In this document: piece by piece, positions 8,993 to 19,286 of the stretch
Layout of the letters: every line of letters starts with the position of its first letter
Position numbering within the stretch: position 1 is the first letter of the stretch
Source of the DNA: an uncultured delta proteobacterium
GTDB taxonomy: Bacteria; Myxococcota; Myxococcia; Myxococcales; Myxococcaceae
Length of the DNA stretch: 64,000 nucleotides
Direction of reading: 5' to 3'
Assembly: GCA_963771175.1 (NCBI GenBank)
Contig: CAVYSY010000056.1
Span: forward strand, 64,001-128,000
Notes under the pieces: generated by a model
What the model was told of the DNA's origin: nothing
The model's database searches: none
The model's input: the letters and a program-made list of their open reading frames with translations, nothing else
Position numbers and translations under genes: made by a program

Positions 8993-10006
8993 TCATTCCA
9001 GGCCCTTCAGGAACGCGAGCACCCGCGGGTTGTAGTCCTGGGGGCAGTCCATCTGCACGGTGTGGCCGCACCGCTCCAGACCCACGAGCTTCGAGCCCCG
9101 GATATGCTCGTGCCCGTACGCCATGATGTCGCGCGCCTCGCCCCCGTGGAGGAAGGGATTGGGGATGAGGCGGTCATCCTCGCCATGGATGATGAGCGTG
9201 GGGACGGTGATGCGGCCGAGGCTGTCGCGCACGAAGTCGTTGTGGGCCAGGCCGTTCACCGTGCGCACGTTGGCGTAGGCATACGCGTCGAACTCGGGGC
9301 TCTTGGCGACGCGCACCCGCTCCTCGATGAGCCAGTTGAGCTCCGGCCGCCAGCGCTCGAAGTTGGACTGACGCACGCTGCCCCAGATGCCGTACTCGGA
9401 CGAGCCCTTGACGAGCGCGGTGCTGAAGGAGCGCTTGAACCAGGCCTTCTCCTTGGGGCTGAACTTCTCGAAGCCCGCGGGGGAAGTGAGCACGAGCGCC
9501 TTCACGTCCTCCGGATAGCGGAGGGCATACGAGAGCGACGTCTGCCCGCCCATGGAGTGCCCCACGAGGATGGGCTTGTCCGCGCCCACCTTCTGGGCGA
9601 GCTCGTGGACCGCATCCGCCATGGCCTCCATGGTGTAGGGGAAGGAGGCCGGCTTGTCGGACTTGCCGTAGCCGGGCAGGTCCACGGCGATGACGCGGTA
9701 GCCCTGCTCGGCGAAGGTGTCGAGCTGGTAGCGCCAGAACTTCAGGTACGAGCCCAACCCGTGGATGAAGAGAACGGTCTGCGTCCCCTCGGGATTGAGC
9801 TCGACGTAGGCGACCTCGGGCACGAGCGCCATGCCATGGGCGGCGGCCGTGTCGGGGAGGGCGAGCCGCTTCACGGGCCAGGGCTTGCCCTCGGGCGAGG
9901 AGTAGTCGAGGTCCTGGAAGGACAGCGGGGGGCGCGCGTTGTACGAGGTGACGCACCCGGTGGAGAGGCCCGCCAGCGCGAGCAGGCCCAGAGCACGAGT
10001 CTTCAT
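8993..10006 (-). CDS. Alpha/beta hydrolase lipoprotein
   Basis: Lipobox LSTGC; FIHGLG, DLPGYG, GHSMGG, GEDDRLIP, GH. Confidence 0.9.
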   Translation of the reverse strand: MKTRALGLLALAGLSTGCVTSYNARPPLSFQDLDYSSPEGKPWPVKRLALPDTAAAHGMALVPEVAYVELNPEGTQTVLFIHGLGSYLKFWRYQLDTFAEQGYRVIAVDLPGYGKSDKPASFPYTMEAMADAVHELAQKVGADKPILVGHSMGGQTSLSYALRYPEDVKALVLTSPAGFEKFSPKEKAWFKRSFSTALVKGSSEYGIWGSVRQSNFERWRPELNWLIEERVRVAKSPEFDAYAYANVRTVNGLAHNDFVRDSLGRITVPTLIIHGEDDRLIPNPFLHGGEARDIMAYGHEHIRGSKLVGLERCGHTVQMDCPQDYNPRVLAFLKGLE

Positions 10007-10008
10007 GG

Positions 10009-11673
10009 TCAGAACGCGTACCAGGTGAAGGTGGTGAAGGCGGCCCACGGGTTGGCCGTGACGCGCGGATTGCCGTCGTAGAAGTTGCCGCGAATCATGT
10101 AGCCGCCGTGCAGGCCCACGGTCATGAGGTAGCGGATGGTGTAGCGGAGCTCGGCGTTCACCTCGGTGCCAATCAGGCGGCCCCGAGCCACCCCCGGCGT
10201 CTCCTCGGGCGGGGTGACGCTGCTGGCAGCGACGGCCGCGCCCAGCTTGAGGTTGAGCTTGTTGGGGATGAGGTCATACGCGCCGGTGGCGATGACCGTC
10301 TGGAGACCGTAGCCCTGGTTGGAGATGTCCGTCACCGCGCCCGTGTAGTTGTTGACGGTGCTGGTGAAGGGGAACAGGACGAGCATCTTGTGGTTGAACC
10401 ACACCGCGCCCGGCAGGCCGTACTGGTTGAGGGTGAAGGCGCCGGTGTAGCGGCTGTCGGCCAGGTCCGAGTCGCCCGTGGAGAACATGCCCTCGAGCGT
10501 CACCAGGTCACTGCTGGTGCGCCCGAAGTTGTAGAGCAGCTCCAGGTTGGCGGAGAGGCCATCGACGTCCACCTCCTGGTTGAGGGTGGTGTCCGCCCGG
10601 TTGGAGACGAACTGGCCCCGGTTGTACATGAGGAAGCCGGAGGCGCCGAACCGGCCGGTGCGGAAGTCGATGTTGTGGTTGAAGTTGAGGCCCGCCCAGC
10701 CGACCCAGCCCGTGGGCCGGTCGATCGACAGCCGCGGCGCGCCGGTGAAGTTGCCCAGGCTGCTGGAGGACGGGCCGCTCTTCACCAGGCCCTCGAAGGC
10801 GTAGGCATCGCCCTTGGTGTTGTCGCGCAGGAACCACAGCGACGCGCCCACGTTCGTCCCGGGCGCCACCGGGTAGGTGTAGTCGGCCATGCCCAGCCAG
10901 ACGAACTTGAGCCGAGGGTCGTTGAACTCCGCCTTGTCCGCCTGCACGCTGCCCAGCGGCAGCAGGCTCAGGCGCGACTGGCCCTTGAGGTAGTTGCTGA
11001 AGACGGACAGGCCCGTGGCGTCACTGCCCAGGAAGGCCAGCTTGTAGCCGGTCCGGATGAGCTCGTTGAGCGGCGTGCGCGTCGGGTCGTAGACCGAGTC
11101 GTAGACGGGCTGAGTGCCAATCAGCAGGGTGAGCTGGCTGGGATTCTTCGTCGGGTAGAGGGCGACGTTGAGATTCTTCGTCTGGAGGTTGACCTGGTCG
11201 GCGTTGAAGCCGCCACCCTCGTTCTGCTGCACGGCATTGGCCGAGCGGCCCCAGAGGAAGTCCACCTCGAACTGGGCGCGGAAGCTGGCCAGCCCATCCA
11301 CGAAGAACGGGCTGTATTCGATGACCGGAATCCAGCGCTGCTCGACGTAGAAGGCCGGGGCGTTCTCCACGCGCACGGCGCTGCCGGCCACCTGGCCGAT
11401 GGGGCCCAGCGACACGCCCTTGAGGCCCGTTGGATCCCCGAGCTGGTTGGTGGCCGAGAGGCGGGTGAAGAAGTAGTTGATGAGGACGAACTCGCGAGGC
11501 TCCGCGTCCTGCTCGCGATTCTTGGCCTCGTACCAGTCGGCGTAGGCCCCGGGCAGCGGGGTGCTCTGTCCCCAGGCGGGGAAGGAGAGCCCGGCCGAGC
11601 CCAGGGCCAGCGCCAGCGCGCATCCGCGTACCACGGTCCCTCGTGTTGCGTCAGGAAGCCACCGCCACGACAT
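10009..11673 (-). CDS. Predicted outer-membrane beta-barrel protein
   Basis: Signal peptide, amphipathic beta-strand pattern, C-terminal aromatic motif FTTFTWYAF. Confidence 0.72.
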   Translation of the reverse strand: MSWRWLPDATRGTVVRGCALALALGSAGLSFPAWGQSTPLPGAYADWYEAKNREQDAEPREFVLINYFFTRLSATNQLGDPTGLKGVSLGPIGQVAGSAVRVENAPAFYVEQRWIPVIEYSPFFVDGLASFRAQFEVDFLWGRSANAVQQNEGGGFNADQVNLQTKNLNVALYPTKNPSQLTLLIGTQPVYDSVYDPTRTPLNELIRTGYKLAFLGSDATGLSVFSNYLKGQSRLSLLPLGSVQADKAEFNDPRLKFVWLGMADYTYPVAPGTNVGASLWFLRDNTKGDAYAFEGLVKSGPSSSSLGNFTGAPRLSIDRPTGWVGWAGLNFNHNIDFRTGRFGASGFLMYNRGQFVSNRADTTLNQEVDVDGLSANLELLYNFGRTSSDLVTLEGMFSTGDSDLADSRYTGAFTLNQYGLPGAVWFNHKMLVLFPFTSTVNNYTGAVTDISNQGYGLQTVIATGAYDLIPNKLNLKLGAAVAASSVTPPEETPGVARGRLIGTEVNAELRYTIRYLMTVGLHGGYMIRGNFYDGNPRVTANPWAAFTTFTWYAF

Positions 11674-11723
11674 ACGTGTCTCGTCTCCAGAGGGGGTAGA
11701 GGATGCGCGCCGTATACGCCGTT

Positions 11724-12317
11724 TTACTGGGCGACGAACGTCTGCACGGCGTTACCGGTGAAGGCCGCGCCGTTGAGCGTCACCGTCGCCGCGCCCACCG
11801 CGCCGTCCGCGCAGCGGTGACCCTTGGCCTGGCCGGAGAAGAAGAGCTCCAGCTTGAGCGTCTTGCCATCCGCGCTGAGGCTGCCACGGCCCTCCTGGGC
11901 GAAGCCGTTGTAGGTGAACGTGGCGTCGAAGCAGCTCAGGTCCTCCTTGGCGTTCTCGATGAGCGCGACCGTGGAGGTGAACTGCGCCGTCGCACCCGCG
12001 GCGTCGTGGTCACAGATGCCCATGTTGAACTTCTGGGGCGCGTCGCGCAGGGTGCCCAGAACGCTGGTGACGGTATAGGTGCCGTTGCCCACCTGCATGG
12101 TGCTCTTGCTGTAGCACTGGGTGGCGCCCTCGAGGTTCATGTCCTCGTTGAAGCCATTGGGGTGGCTGGGGATGTTCGCCCCGTCCATCACCAGCGTCTT
12201 GCCCTCGAGCCTGGTGGCCACCTGCTTGTTGGGATCCACCGGCACCGGCTCCACCGGATCGCAGCCCACCAGCCCCATGGCACACAGCATCATCGCGGAC
12301 AGCAGTTGCTTCTTCAT
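11724..12317 (-). CDS. Lipoprotein of unknown function
   Basis: MKKQLLSAMMLCAMGLVGC lipobox; AGGAG RBS. Confidence 0.8.
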   Translation of the reverse strand: MKKQLLSAMMLCAMGLVGCDPVEPVPVDPNKQVATRLEGKTLVMDGANIPSHPNGFNEDMNLEGATQCYSKSTMQVGNGTYTVTSVLGTLRDAPQKFNMGICDHDAAGATAQFTSTVALIENAKEDLSCFDATFTYNGFAQEGRGSLSADGKTLKLELFFSGQAKGHRCADGAVGAATVTLNGAAFTGNAVQTFVAQ

Positions 12318-12438
12318 GTGATGGCTCCTCTCCCCCGGCATGTGCCGGCTCGACAAACTCGTCCCGTGTCTGGTGGAAGTCCCCGCGTCCGCGCGAGGAC
12401 TCCCTCCAGTGTGGACCTTCACTCGATGTCGACGTGAC

Positions 12439-13993
12439 TCAGCGCGACGCGGCGTCGGCCGCGATGGCCTGCGCGCGCAACTCGCGCTTGAGAATCTTCC
12501 CCGCCGCGGACACAGGCAGGGACTGCACCAGGTCCACCCGCTTCGGCACCTTGAAGCGCGCCACCCGGCCGCGCAGGTGCTCCAGCAGCGCCTCGGACGT
12601 GGCCTGCGCACCGGGCTTCAGCACCACGAAGGCGCGCCCCACCTCGCCCCACTTCGCGTCGGGCACCCCCACCACCGCGCAGGACTGCACGGCGGGGTGC
12701 TCGTAGAGCGCCGTCTCCAGCTCCAGCGGGTACACGTTCTCTCCGCCGGAGATGTACATGTCCTTCTTGCGCCCGTTGATGAAGAAGAAGCCGTCCGCGT
12801 CCCGGTGCGCCAGGTCCCCCGTGTGGAACCAGCCATCCTTGTCGATGGCCTCGGCGGTGGCCTCGGCGTTCTCGAAGTACCCCGAGCCCATGGAGGGGCC
12901 CTTGAGGACGAGCTCGCCCGTGGCGCCCTCGGGCACGTCGCGGCCGTCGTCATCCACCAGCCGCGCGTCGATGAAGTAGTTGGGCCGGCCGATGGAGCCG
13001 GCCTTGGACACGGCGAACTCGGGGCCCATGCTGAAGATGCCGGGGCCGAACTCCGTCATGCCGAAGCCCTGCTTGAAGGGCACCGCGTGCACCGCCTGCC
13101 ACGCCTGCAGCAGCGGCACCGGCAGCGGCGCGCCACCGCTCGTCACGAAGCGCACGGTGGAGAGGTCCGCCGAGCGGAAGCGCGGCGAGTCATACATCTG
13201 CTGGTACTGCGTGGGCACCGCGAAGAAGAGCGTCACCTTCTCGCTGCTCCACCAGCCGCAGCATCTCGTCCGCGTCCCAGCGACGCATCAGCACCACCGT
13301 GCCGCCGCAGGTGAGCAGCGGCACCGTGTAGACGAGCAGCCCGCCCGTGTGGAACAGGGGCGTGTGCGTCACCGTGACGTCCCCGGGCCGCAGCTCGTGG
13401 ATGAGCGTGTTGAGCGTGTTCCACGCCACCATCCGGTAGCTGATGCGGGCGCCCTTCGACTTGCCCGTGGTGCCGCCGGTGAAGAGCAGGCAGATGATGT
13501 CCTCCTCGCTCACCTGCTCGTTCGTCACCTTCGTCGAGGACGTGTGCGCGAGCAGCTCGGCATAGGGGCGGCTCTCGGGCAGCCCCTGCCCCTCCAGGTG
13601 GACGAGCTTCAGCGACGCGCCCACCTGCTTGCCCACGGCCGCGACGCTCTCGCGGAAGTCATCGCTGAAGAGGAGCACGCGCGGGCCGGTGTCGCGCACC
13701 AGCTCCGCCAGCTCCTGCGCGTGCAGGCGCCAGTTGTAGGGGACGAGGGTGGCGCCCAGCTTGCCGCAGGCGAAGAAGACATCCAGGAACTCCACGCCGT
13801 TGTGGGCCACGAGGCCCACCCGGTCTCCCCGGGACACGCCGGCCACGTCGCGCAGCCAGCCCGCGAGCGCCTCGGCACGCGCGTTCATCGCGCGGTAGGT
13901 GAAGCGGCCGGCCGCTCCCTTGGCCACATCCACTACCGCGGTGTGCTCGGGCCAGTACATGGCCCCACGACCCATCCAGTCGCCGATGAACAT
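12439..13993 (-). CDS. Acyl-CoA synthetase (AMP-forming ligase); +1 frameshift near 13245
   Basis: FTGGTTGKSKG, GFGMTE, HTGDL, ISGGENVYP and GKI motifs split over two ORFs that join as ...VE(R/Q)EKVTLFFAVPT if one base is removed. Confidence 0.88.
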
Positions 13994-14036
13994 GTGTCGT
14001 CCCCTCCCCTTCAGTGCGTCAGTGTTCCAGACTCGC

Positions 14037-15032
14037 TCAGGCCGTCCAGCGGTAGAGCGCCGAGGCCATGGCCAGACCGCCGCCGCTGGCGCACAGGGCG
14101 ATCAGGTCGCCCTTCTTCACCTTGCCCTGCACCACCGCGTCATCCAGCGTCATCGGGATGCAGGCCGAGCCGGTGTAGCCCCACTTGTCCATGGTGTAGT
14201 GCGCCTTGGACATGGGCTGCTCCAGCACCTTCATCGTGGCCTCGATGGTGCGCAGGTTGAGCTGGGTGAAGACGAACTGACTCACGTCGTTCATCGACAG
14301 ATCGGCCCGCTCCAGGAGCTGCTTGAGCAGCATGGGCCAGCGCTCGGTGTTGAAGGTCGCGGGGAACTTGCGCACGAACTGCACCGCGGGCTTGCCGTTG
14401 GTGAGCGCCAGCGTCTCCGCCGTGGCCGGCCGGTAGGTGCCGCCCGTGTAGACGCCCAGCGCGTCGTGGTACTCGCCGGCCGCCAGCAGCTTCGCGCCCA
14501 TGAAGCCGGGCTTGTCACTGGCGCCCAGCACCACCGCGCCCGCGCCGTCCGCGAAGAGCGTGCAGGTCTTCTTGTCCTTCCAGTTGATGTACCGGGACAT
14601 CCCGTAGGCGCCCAGCACCAGCACGCGCTTGTAGCTGTCGTCCGCGGAGATGGTCTTGCTCGCCACGTCCAGCGCCGTCACCCAACCCGCGCACGCGGCG
14701 TTGATGTCGTACGTGCCCGCGTTGCTCGCACCCAGCTTCGCCTGCACCGCCGAGGACGTGCCCGGGCTCAGGTAGTCCGGCGTGTCCGTGGCCACGATGA
14801 CGAGGTCCAGCTCGCTCGGCTTCACGCCCGCGCGCTCCAGCGCCTGCTTCGCGGCCTCCACGCACAGGTCGCTCGTCACCTGGTTGTCCGCCATCAGGTG
14901 GCGCTGCTTGATGCCCACGTTCTGCTGAAGCCACTCGTCCACCGGCTCGCCGATGATGCGCTCCACGTCGGCGTTGGTGAGGACCTTCTCGGGGACGTAA
15001 CGGCCAGTGGCCAGGATGTTGGCGTACCTCAT
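14037..15032 (-). CDS. 3-oxoacyl-ACP synthase III-like protein (non-canonical active site)
   Basis: TGRYVPEKVLTN, DINAACAG (catalytic Cys), LFADGAGA; FTQLN and WGYTGSA replace HQAN and GNTSAA; ATGA overlap with tetR. Confidence 0.88.
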   Translation of the reverse strand: MRYANILATGRYVPEKVLTNADVERIIGEPVDEWLQQNVGIKQRHLMADNQVTSDLCVEAAKQALERAGVKPSELDLVIVATDTPDYLSPGTSSAVQAKLGASNAGTYDINAACAGWVTALDVASKTISADDSYKRVLVLGAYGMSRYINWKDKKTCTLFADGAGAVVLGASDKPGFMGAKLLAAGEYHDALGVYTGGTYRPATAETLALTNGKPAVQFVRKFPATFNTERWPMLLKQLLERADLSMNDVSQFVFTQLNLRTIEATMKVLEQPMSKAHYTMDKWGYTGSACIPMTLDDAVVQGKVKKGDLIALCASGGGLAMASALYRWTA

Positions 15033-15712
15033 CTGCTCCTGCTCCGCGGGACTCGGGGCTTGCGTGCCCCCTTCCCGCTCTCGGTGTCGGCCCCGGCCGG
15101 ACTCACGTCCAGGCCGTGGCGAATGAAATCCATCGCGGTGTCCAGCACGCGCTCCACGTCGCCCTCTCCCGCCCACAGCACCCAGCGCATGCCCAGGAAG
15201 TCGCTCAGGCCCATCAGGCAGTAGGCCAGCGCCTCCGGGTCCATGCGCCGCACCTCGCCCGCGGCCATGGCCTGCTCGAGGCCCGACACGTACCCATGGG
15301 CGAAGCGGTCGTAGTAGCGACGGAAGCACGCCTCGTCGACGAACTCGGCCTGGCGCACAATCCGGTACAGGCGGGGGTGGCGGCCCACGAACTCGAAGAA
15401 GGTGCGCAGTCCCGCGCGCTCCACTTCAATCCGGTTCTCGCACCCCACCACCGCCTCGGCGATGAGCCGGCGCAACCGCGCGCCCAGCTCGTCCACCACC
15501 TCGACGAAGAGGGACTGCTTGTCCGGGAAATAGACGTAGAAAGTTCCGAGCGCTACCTCCGCTTCGCGGGTAATGTCCGCGATGGAGGCGCGCTCGTACC
15601 CCTTCTCTCCGAATACGGTCTCCGCCGCCTGCAGGAGGCGCAGGCGCGTGCGCTGTCCCCTGGGGGTCGCGGGCACGAGGCGCTCGGCTGGCGGAGTTGA
15701 AGACCGATTCAT
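15029..15712 (-). CDS. TetR/AcrR-family transcriptional regulator
   Basis: HTH ASIADITREAEVALGTFYVYFPDK. Confidence 0.93.
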   Translation of the reverse strand: MNRSSTPPAERLVPATPRGQRTRLRLLQAAETVFGEKGYERASIADITREAEVALGTFYVYFPDKQSLFVEVVDELGARLRRLIAEAVVGCENRIEVERAGLRTFFEFVGRHPRLYRIVRQAEFVDEACFRRYYDRFAHGYVSGLEQAMAAGEVRRMDPEALAYCLMGLSDFLGMRWVLWAGEGDVERVLDTAMDFIRHGLDVSPAGADTESGKGARKPRVPRSRSR

Positions 15713-15718
15713 CTTTCA
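15698..15718. promoter_or_regulatory. Candidate TetR operator, site 2 (overlaps tetR start codon)
   Basis: Imperfect palindrome TGAAG-AC-CGATTCA-TC-TTTCA; TTGACA on the minus strand at 15751-15746. Confidence 0.55.
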
Positions 15719-15816
15719 TATTGCGTAACACCCCCCTCGCGGTATTGTCAAAAACTGTCATTCATTCGCTGGCGCGCGGACATGCAACGCATTGCGTCAG
15801 CCGGGAGAGGGAACGC

Positions 15817-16563
15817 ATGCAGCTCAAGGACTTGAAGGTCATCGTCACGGGCGGAGCCCAGGGAATGGGCGCTCACTTCGCCACGCGCCTGCACGAGGCC
15901 GGCGCCCAGGTCGCCGTGGGAGACGTGAACGAGGAGCGGCTCGCCGAGCTGCCCGCGGGCATCCACCGCCGCCGCCTGGACGTGTCCAAGGAGGAGGAGG
16001 TCATCTCCTTCGTCCAGTGGGCCCACGAGTCCATGGGTGGCCTCAACGGCCTCATCAACAACGCGGGCATCCTCCGCGACTCGCTGCTGGTGAAGAAGGA
16101 CCGCACCACCGGTGAGGTGAAGAAGCTGTCCACCGCGGACTGGAACGCCGTCATCGGCGTCAACCTCACCGGCGCCACCTTCATGGTGCGCGAGGTGGTG
16201 GCGAAGATGGTGCAGACGGATCAGAAGCCCGGCGTCATCGTCAACATGAGCTCCATCGCCCGGCACGGAAACCGCGGGCAGAGCAACTACGTGTCCGCCA
16301 AGGCCGCGCTCGCCGCCAACACCTTCACCTGGGCGCGCGAGTTCGCCTCCTTCGGCATCCGCGTGGGCGCCGTCGCCCCGGGCATGGTGGAGACGCCGAT
16401 GACGCAGGGCATGAACCAGAAGGCCCGCGACGCGCTGGTGGCCAACATCCCCGTGGGCCGCATCGGCCTGCCCGAGGATCTGTGGCTGGCGGTGAAGTTC
16501 GTCCTCGAGTGCGACTACTTCAACGGCCGCACCATCGACGTGGACGGCGGCCTCACCATGTAG
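15817..16563 (+). CDS. SDR oxidoreductase, FabG/acetoacetyl-CoA reductase-like
   Basis: TGGAQGMG, NNAGILRD, YVSAK (YxxxK), VDGG. Confidence 0.92.
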   Translation: MQLKDLKVIVTGGAQGMGAHFATRLHEAGAQVAVGDVNEERLAELPAGIHRRRLDVSKEEEVISFVQWAHESMGGLNGLINNAGILRDSLLVKKDRTTGEVKKLSTADWNAVIGVNLTGATFMVREVVAKMVQTDQKPGVIVNMSSIARHGNRGQSNYVSAKAALAANTFTWAREFASFGIRVGAVAPGMVETPMTQGMNQKARDALVANIPVGRIGLPEDLWLAVKFVLECDYFNGRTIDVDGGLTM

Positions 16564-16935
16564 TCCCCGCGGACGTCGCCCACGCGACGTCTCGCACACT
16601 GGCGGACGGGCCGGCGGAAGGGGCAGTCAGACCCTTCTGGCCGGCTCGTGCGTTTCAGGGACATGAGGCCGTGCGCGACAGATGGAGCCGCTCCACCCAA
16701 CCGCAAGTACAACAAGCGTTCAGGGGGGTTGCCGCTCGCAAGTCAAGTGAGTAAATCATTTCCAGTAGGGAGTAGACGGGACGCTCGGCAGGTCGAGCAC
16801 GGCAGGCGAGGCGGCGCCCACCCAGGAGGCGCGACCCCGTAGGCCGAGGCAGCCGGGCGAACCACGGGAGTCAGGGACTCCCGACGACGAGGGGAACCTC
16901 GAGCCCCGCTCTGGTATCCAATCAGAGGGGCTGGC

Positions 16936-17334
16936 TCAGGTGTACATCTCGAGGCTCGCGGCGCGGCCGGCATCGAAGTGCGGCGAACGCTGGAGCTGCT
17001 CCAAGACCCGGGGCGTGCAGTAGAGCGTCACCAGGGGAGTGGAACCGGGCTCGCTCATGCCCTTCACCGCGCCCATCAGGTGGTGCGCCTGGAGGAAGTC
17101 GAGGAGCGAGTCACGAAACTGCCTGCTCTGCTCGCAGGCGTGCTTGTGGACGAGCGACCGGTCCCGCATCGGCGAGGGCTGCCAGGTCGCACCGGGTACC
17201 TCCCGGGGCATGACCATGACCTCGATCCACCCCGGCGAGCTCTCCACCCGAAGGCCCGGGAGGGGAGTGACGCCAGCGATCTTTGGAAAACGCCCGGATG
17301 CCCGGCGCTGCGAGGTGGCTGTCTTCCTGCTCAT
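16936..17334 (-). CDS. popD: PopD-like inhibitor of PopC
   Basis: Small ORF directly downstream of popC with GGAGGA RBS; assignment rests mainly on synteny with the known popCD operon. Confidence 0.7.
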   Translation of the reverse strand: MSRKTATSQRRASGRFPKIAGVTPLPGLRVESSPGWIEVMVMPREVPGATWQPSPMRDRSLVHKHACEQSRQFRDSLLDFLQAHHLMGAVKGMSEPGSTPLVTLYCTPRVLEQLQRSPHFDAGRAASLEMYT

Positions 17335-17392
17335 CCCACTTCCTCCACCCAGGCCCGGCGCTCGCGATGGCGCCGGCCCTGGTAGCCGCCAT

Positions 17393-18797
17393 TCACTTGT
17401 AGACCGCAAGACCCCGTCCGCCACGATTGGCAGGCGTCTTGGGCAGCTTCAGCGCATTGTCCAGAATCAAATCCCTGACTTCGAGTAGCCGTCAAGTCCG
17501 GGGAACGGCAGCGATATAGCGCCGCGATTCCCGCGACGTAAGGGGCGGCCATGCTCGTTCCGCTCATTCGTTCATAGAACGCCTGGTTGTTACACCTTCG
17601 TTCTGTGCTCGAGTAGACGTTCACGCCGTAACCCATCAGGTCAGGAACAGATCGCTGATTCACCACGCCACTGGCGGAGAAATTGGCCACGCGACGCGCG
17701 AAGTCGACCGCCCCCACGGCCAGGGACTCAGGGAAGGCCGCTGGGTAGCCCGCCGTCCCGGCGCCCGCATTCCCGGCCGCCACCACCGGCAGCACGTTGG
17801 AGTCCACCAGCCGGCGCAGCAGCGTCTGCAGGGCCCGGATGTTCAGGCGGTACTCCATGTCGCTCACACCGGGAGGCGGCTGCACGGGGAACCCCAAGGA
17901 CATGTTCACCACCGCGGGGCGGGTGGCGTTCTCAGGACGTGAGAACTGGTGTAGCAGCCATTCCATACCGGCCGCCACTCGTCCCAGGCTGGTTCGTATG
18001 CTTTCGGACTCGATGACCGAGGCGACGTAGAGGTCCACCTCGGGAGCAACGCCGTGGTAGGTGCCGGCGGCGATGCCGGACACATGGGTGCCGTGCCCGT
18101 CCGGGTCGAAGCCGCGCACGTCTCGCGCCGGATTGTGCGGCGAGTTGGGGAAGAGCGAGACGTAGCGGAACTGGATGAGGCGGTTCTGGTGCTCGGGGTG
18201 GTCCGCGTCCACGCCGGTGTCGAGGATGCCGAGCATCACGCCGGCGCCGCGCACGCCCTGGGCATGGGCCGAGTGGACGCCGCACTCCTCGGGCCACTCG
18301 CGCCGCTGGAGCGAGGACAGGCCCTGGTTGCGCGGGCCGAGCTGCCCCGCGGACACCGGGCCCGGGAAGGTGAGCTGCACCACGTCCGGGATGAACTCGA
18401 AGTCGCGCCCGAGCTCCTCCTTGGCCACGCGCTCGGCTTCGTCCGAGGTGAAGTGGGCCATGGTGGCGCCGATGAGCGGCATGTGACGGTAGGTGCCCAC
18501 CTCCGAGGCGGTCGCCGGCTCCATCACCGGGCCCTCGGACGCGGCCACCTGGAGCTCGTTCTTGCGGCCCCGGCCCTTCTTCTTCTTCGCGGGCGAGGCG
18601 CTCACCTGGGGCAGACGCCCGGGCAGCGTGGCGGAGCGCATCCCGAGGCTCCGCAGCATGTCCGGGGCCCGTCCGCTGATCATGAACTGAAGGGCGGTGG
18701 TGCGCTGCAGCACGCGCTCTCCCTGCTCCGTGCCCCGCACGCCCGGATGAGCGTGGGTCTCGATCGACTCCTTCGGAACCAGGAGATAGGACTTCAT
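17393..18797 (-). CDS. popC: Subtilisin-like S8 protease PopC; +1 frameshift near 17487
   Basis: N-terminus MKSYLLVPKESIET as recalled for Myxococcus PopC; no signal peptide; ILDTGVD, HGTHVSG, GTSMAAP triad; removing one base restores the ending ALEVRDLILDNALKLPKTPANRGGRGLAVYK*. Confidence 0.85.
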
Positions 18798-19286
18798 GGT
18801 GGGTTCGCTCCTTTACAGAATACTGCCTTCACTGACAGCGCGCGCAAATCCTCGGGTGGGCGCGGGTACGCCCAGGCGGAGCAGGGAGTGGGACACCGTC
18901 ATCCGTTCATCCCCCCGGCACACAGTGTGACTAGAGCGCGTCCCCCTGACACGGCCCCTCCCGTTTCTCCGCTCTGGACACCTCGAGCGCCCATGCAGGT
19001 TCCAGTGGTTGACTCTCTGAACGCACGAAACCTGAAAGCATTCATGGGTAGGGATCGTAGTACAAACCGTGACAGGTCACGAAATAGCGGGCCAGACGCG
19101 CTCGGGCCCGAGAAACCGGCCTCCGCACCGAGGCAGTGAGAAGCGTCGAGCCCCCGGGTGGGAGGCCAGCCCGCCCGCCCGCTCCCCTGTCGCCCCTGGG
19201 GAAGTCGCGCCCCGCCTCCGATTGTTCGCCCCGGTGGCGGCAGCGGCGGACTATGACAGCATGCCGTCCGCCCGCCGGAGAGACTC

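Noticed and set aside
16608..16648. SRP RNA-like GGAAGG-GCAG segment
   Set aside because: Lacks the CAGG..CGGAAG..AGCAG domain IV arrangement; better explained as a hairpin after the SDR gene
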